From Candidatus Omnitrophota bacterium (GTDB lineage Bacteria > Omnitrophota > Gorgyraeia > Duberdicusellales > 4484-171), in NCBI GenBank assembly GCA_016935525.1, contig JAFGQU010000022.1, forward strand, positions 78,471 to 120,448: DNA of 41,978 nucleotides, written 5' to 3'. This document shows, piece by piece, positions 41,676-41,978 of the stretch (positions are counted from its first letter, which is position 1; every line of letters starts with the position of its first letter). Made by a program: the position numbers and the translations under genes. The notes beneath the pieces were generated by a model. That model was not told where the DNA came from, did no database searches, and saw only the letters and a program-made list of their open reading frames with translations.

Positions 41676-41978
41676 AACCACCCTCTGGCAACTTTGTAAG
41701 TTGCCAGAGGGGTAAACGGAATGAGGGTTGTAAATATTAGCTAAATAGGATCAGTCTTTTGGCAACCTACGAAGTTGCCAAAAGGTACATATCTGCATAG
41801 AGGCTAGATATATCATGTGCGGAATAAAAAAAGAATAGGGGGGAATAAAAAAAACCGGGGAACTCGTAAAAGTTCCCCGGTTTCTAAATAGTCTACTTAT
41901 CGATTATTCTGTAATCCCGTAATAAGATGAAGCTTTCTTTTTCAAATCGATATTATCGTTGATAAAATCATAGGCGCC
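41676..41978. repeat. 303-bp direct repeat, copy 2 (truncated by window end)
   Basis: Near-identical to 35912-36214, including the terminator at 41847-41883. Confidence 0.95.
41904..41978 (-). CDS. 3' end of a tandem TpsA-like paralogue
   Basis: Encodes GAYDFINDNIDLKKKASSYYGITE*, identical to the C-terminus of 36140-41236. Confidence 0.75.
   Translation of the reverse strand, partial: GAYDFINDNIDLKKKASSYYGITE

Overview
About 42 kb of bacterial chromosome with all recognisable genes on the minus strand. The protein style suggests a PVC-type uncultured lineage such as Ca. Omnitrophota (inference). 1-13.2 kb is a fused core cluster: tRNA-Thr, rpmG, tRNA-Trp, secE, nusG, rplK/A/J/L, rpoB/C, rpsL/G and partial fusA. 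It has two oddities: a GIY-YIG gene bounded by 24-bp inverted repeats between rplJ and rplL, and an intact tRNA-Thr(GGT) nested inside the anticodon arm of a second, broken tRNA-Thr. 13.3-17.1 kb holds a sirtuin, pgeF, DUF167, rmuC and coaC. 17.6-27.8 kb, lying between split coaB and coaC, is a compact operon: KS/CLF type II PKS-FAS core (CLF, FabG, ACP, FabZ, KS, no enoyl reductase), thioester reductase, GMC oxidoreductase, CrtI-like oxidoreductase and a multi-TM/GAF histidine kinase. This is the best candidate for an undescribed lipid or polyene signal-plus-receptor system. 28.4-35.5 kb holds coaB, ttcA, a SAM hydrolase, a short pyruvate kinase, an APC permease-EIIA fusion and three envelope genes. 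36.1-42 kb holds a TpsA/haemagglutinin-like gene under a c-di-GMP-I riboswitch and the identical 3' end of a tandem paralogue. Intergenic spaces are full of nested palindromic and heptamer elements, including a near-perfect 144-bp four-way junction. All calls come from motif reading by eye; no searches were run.
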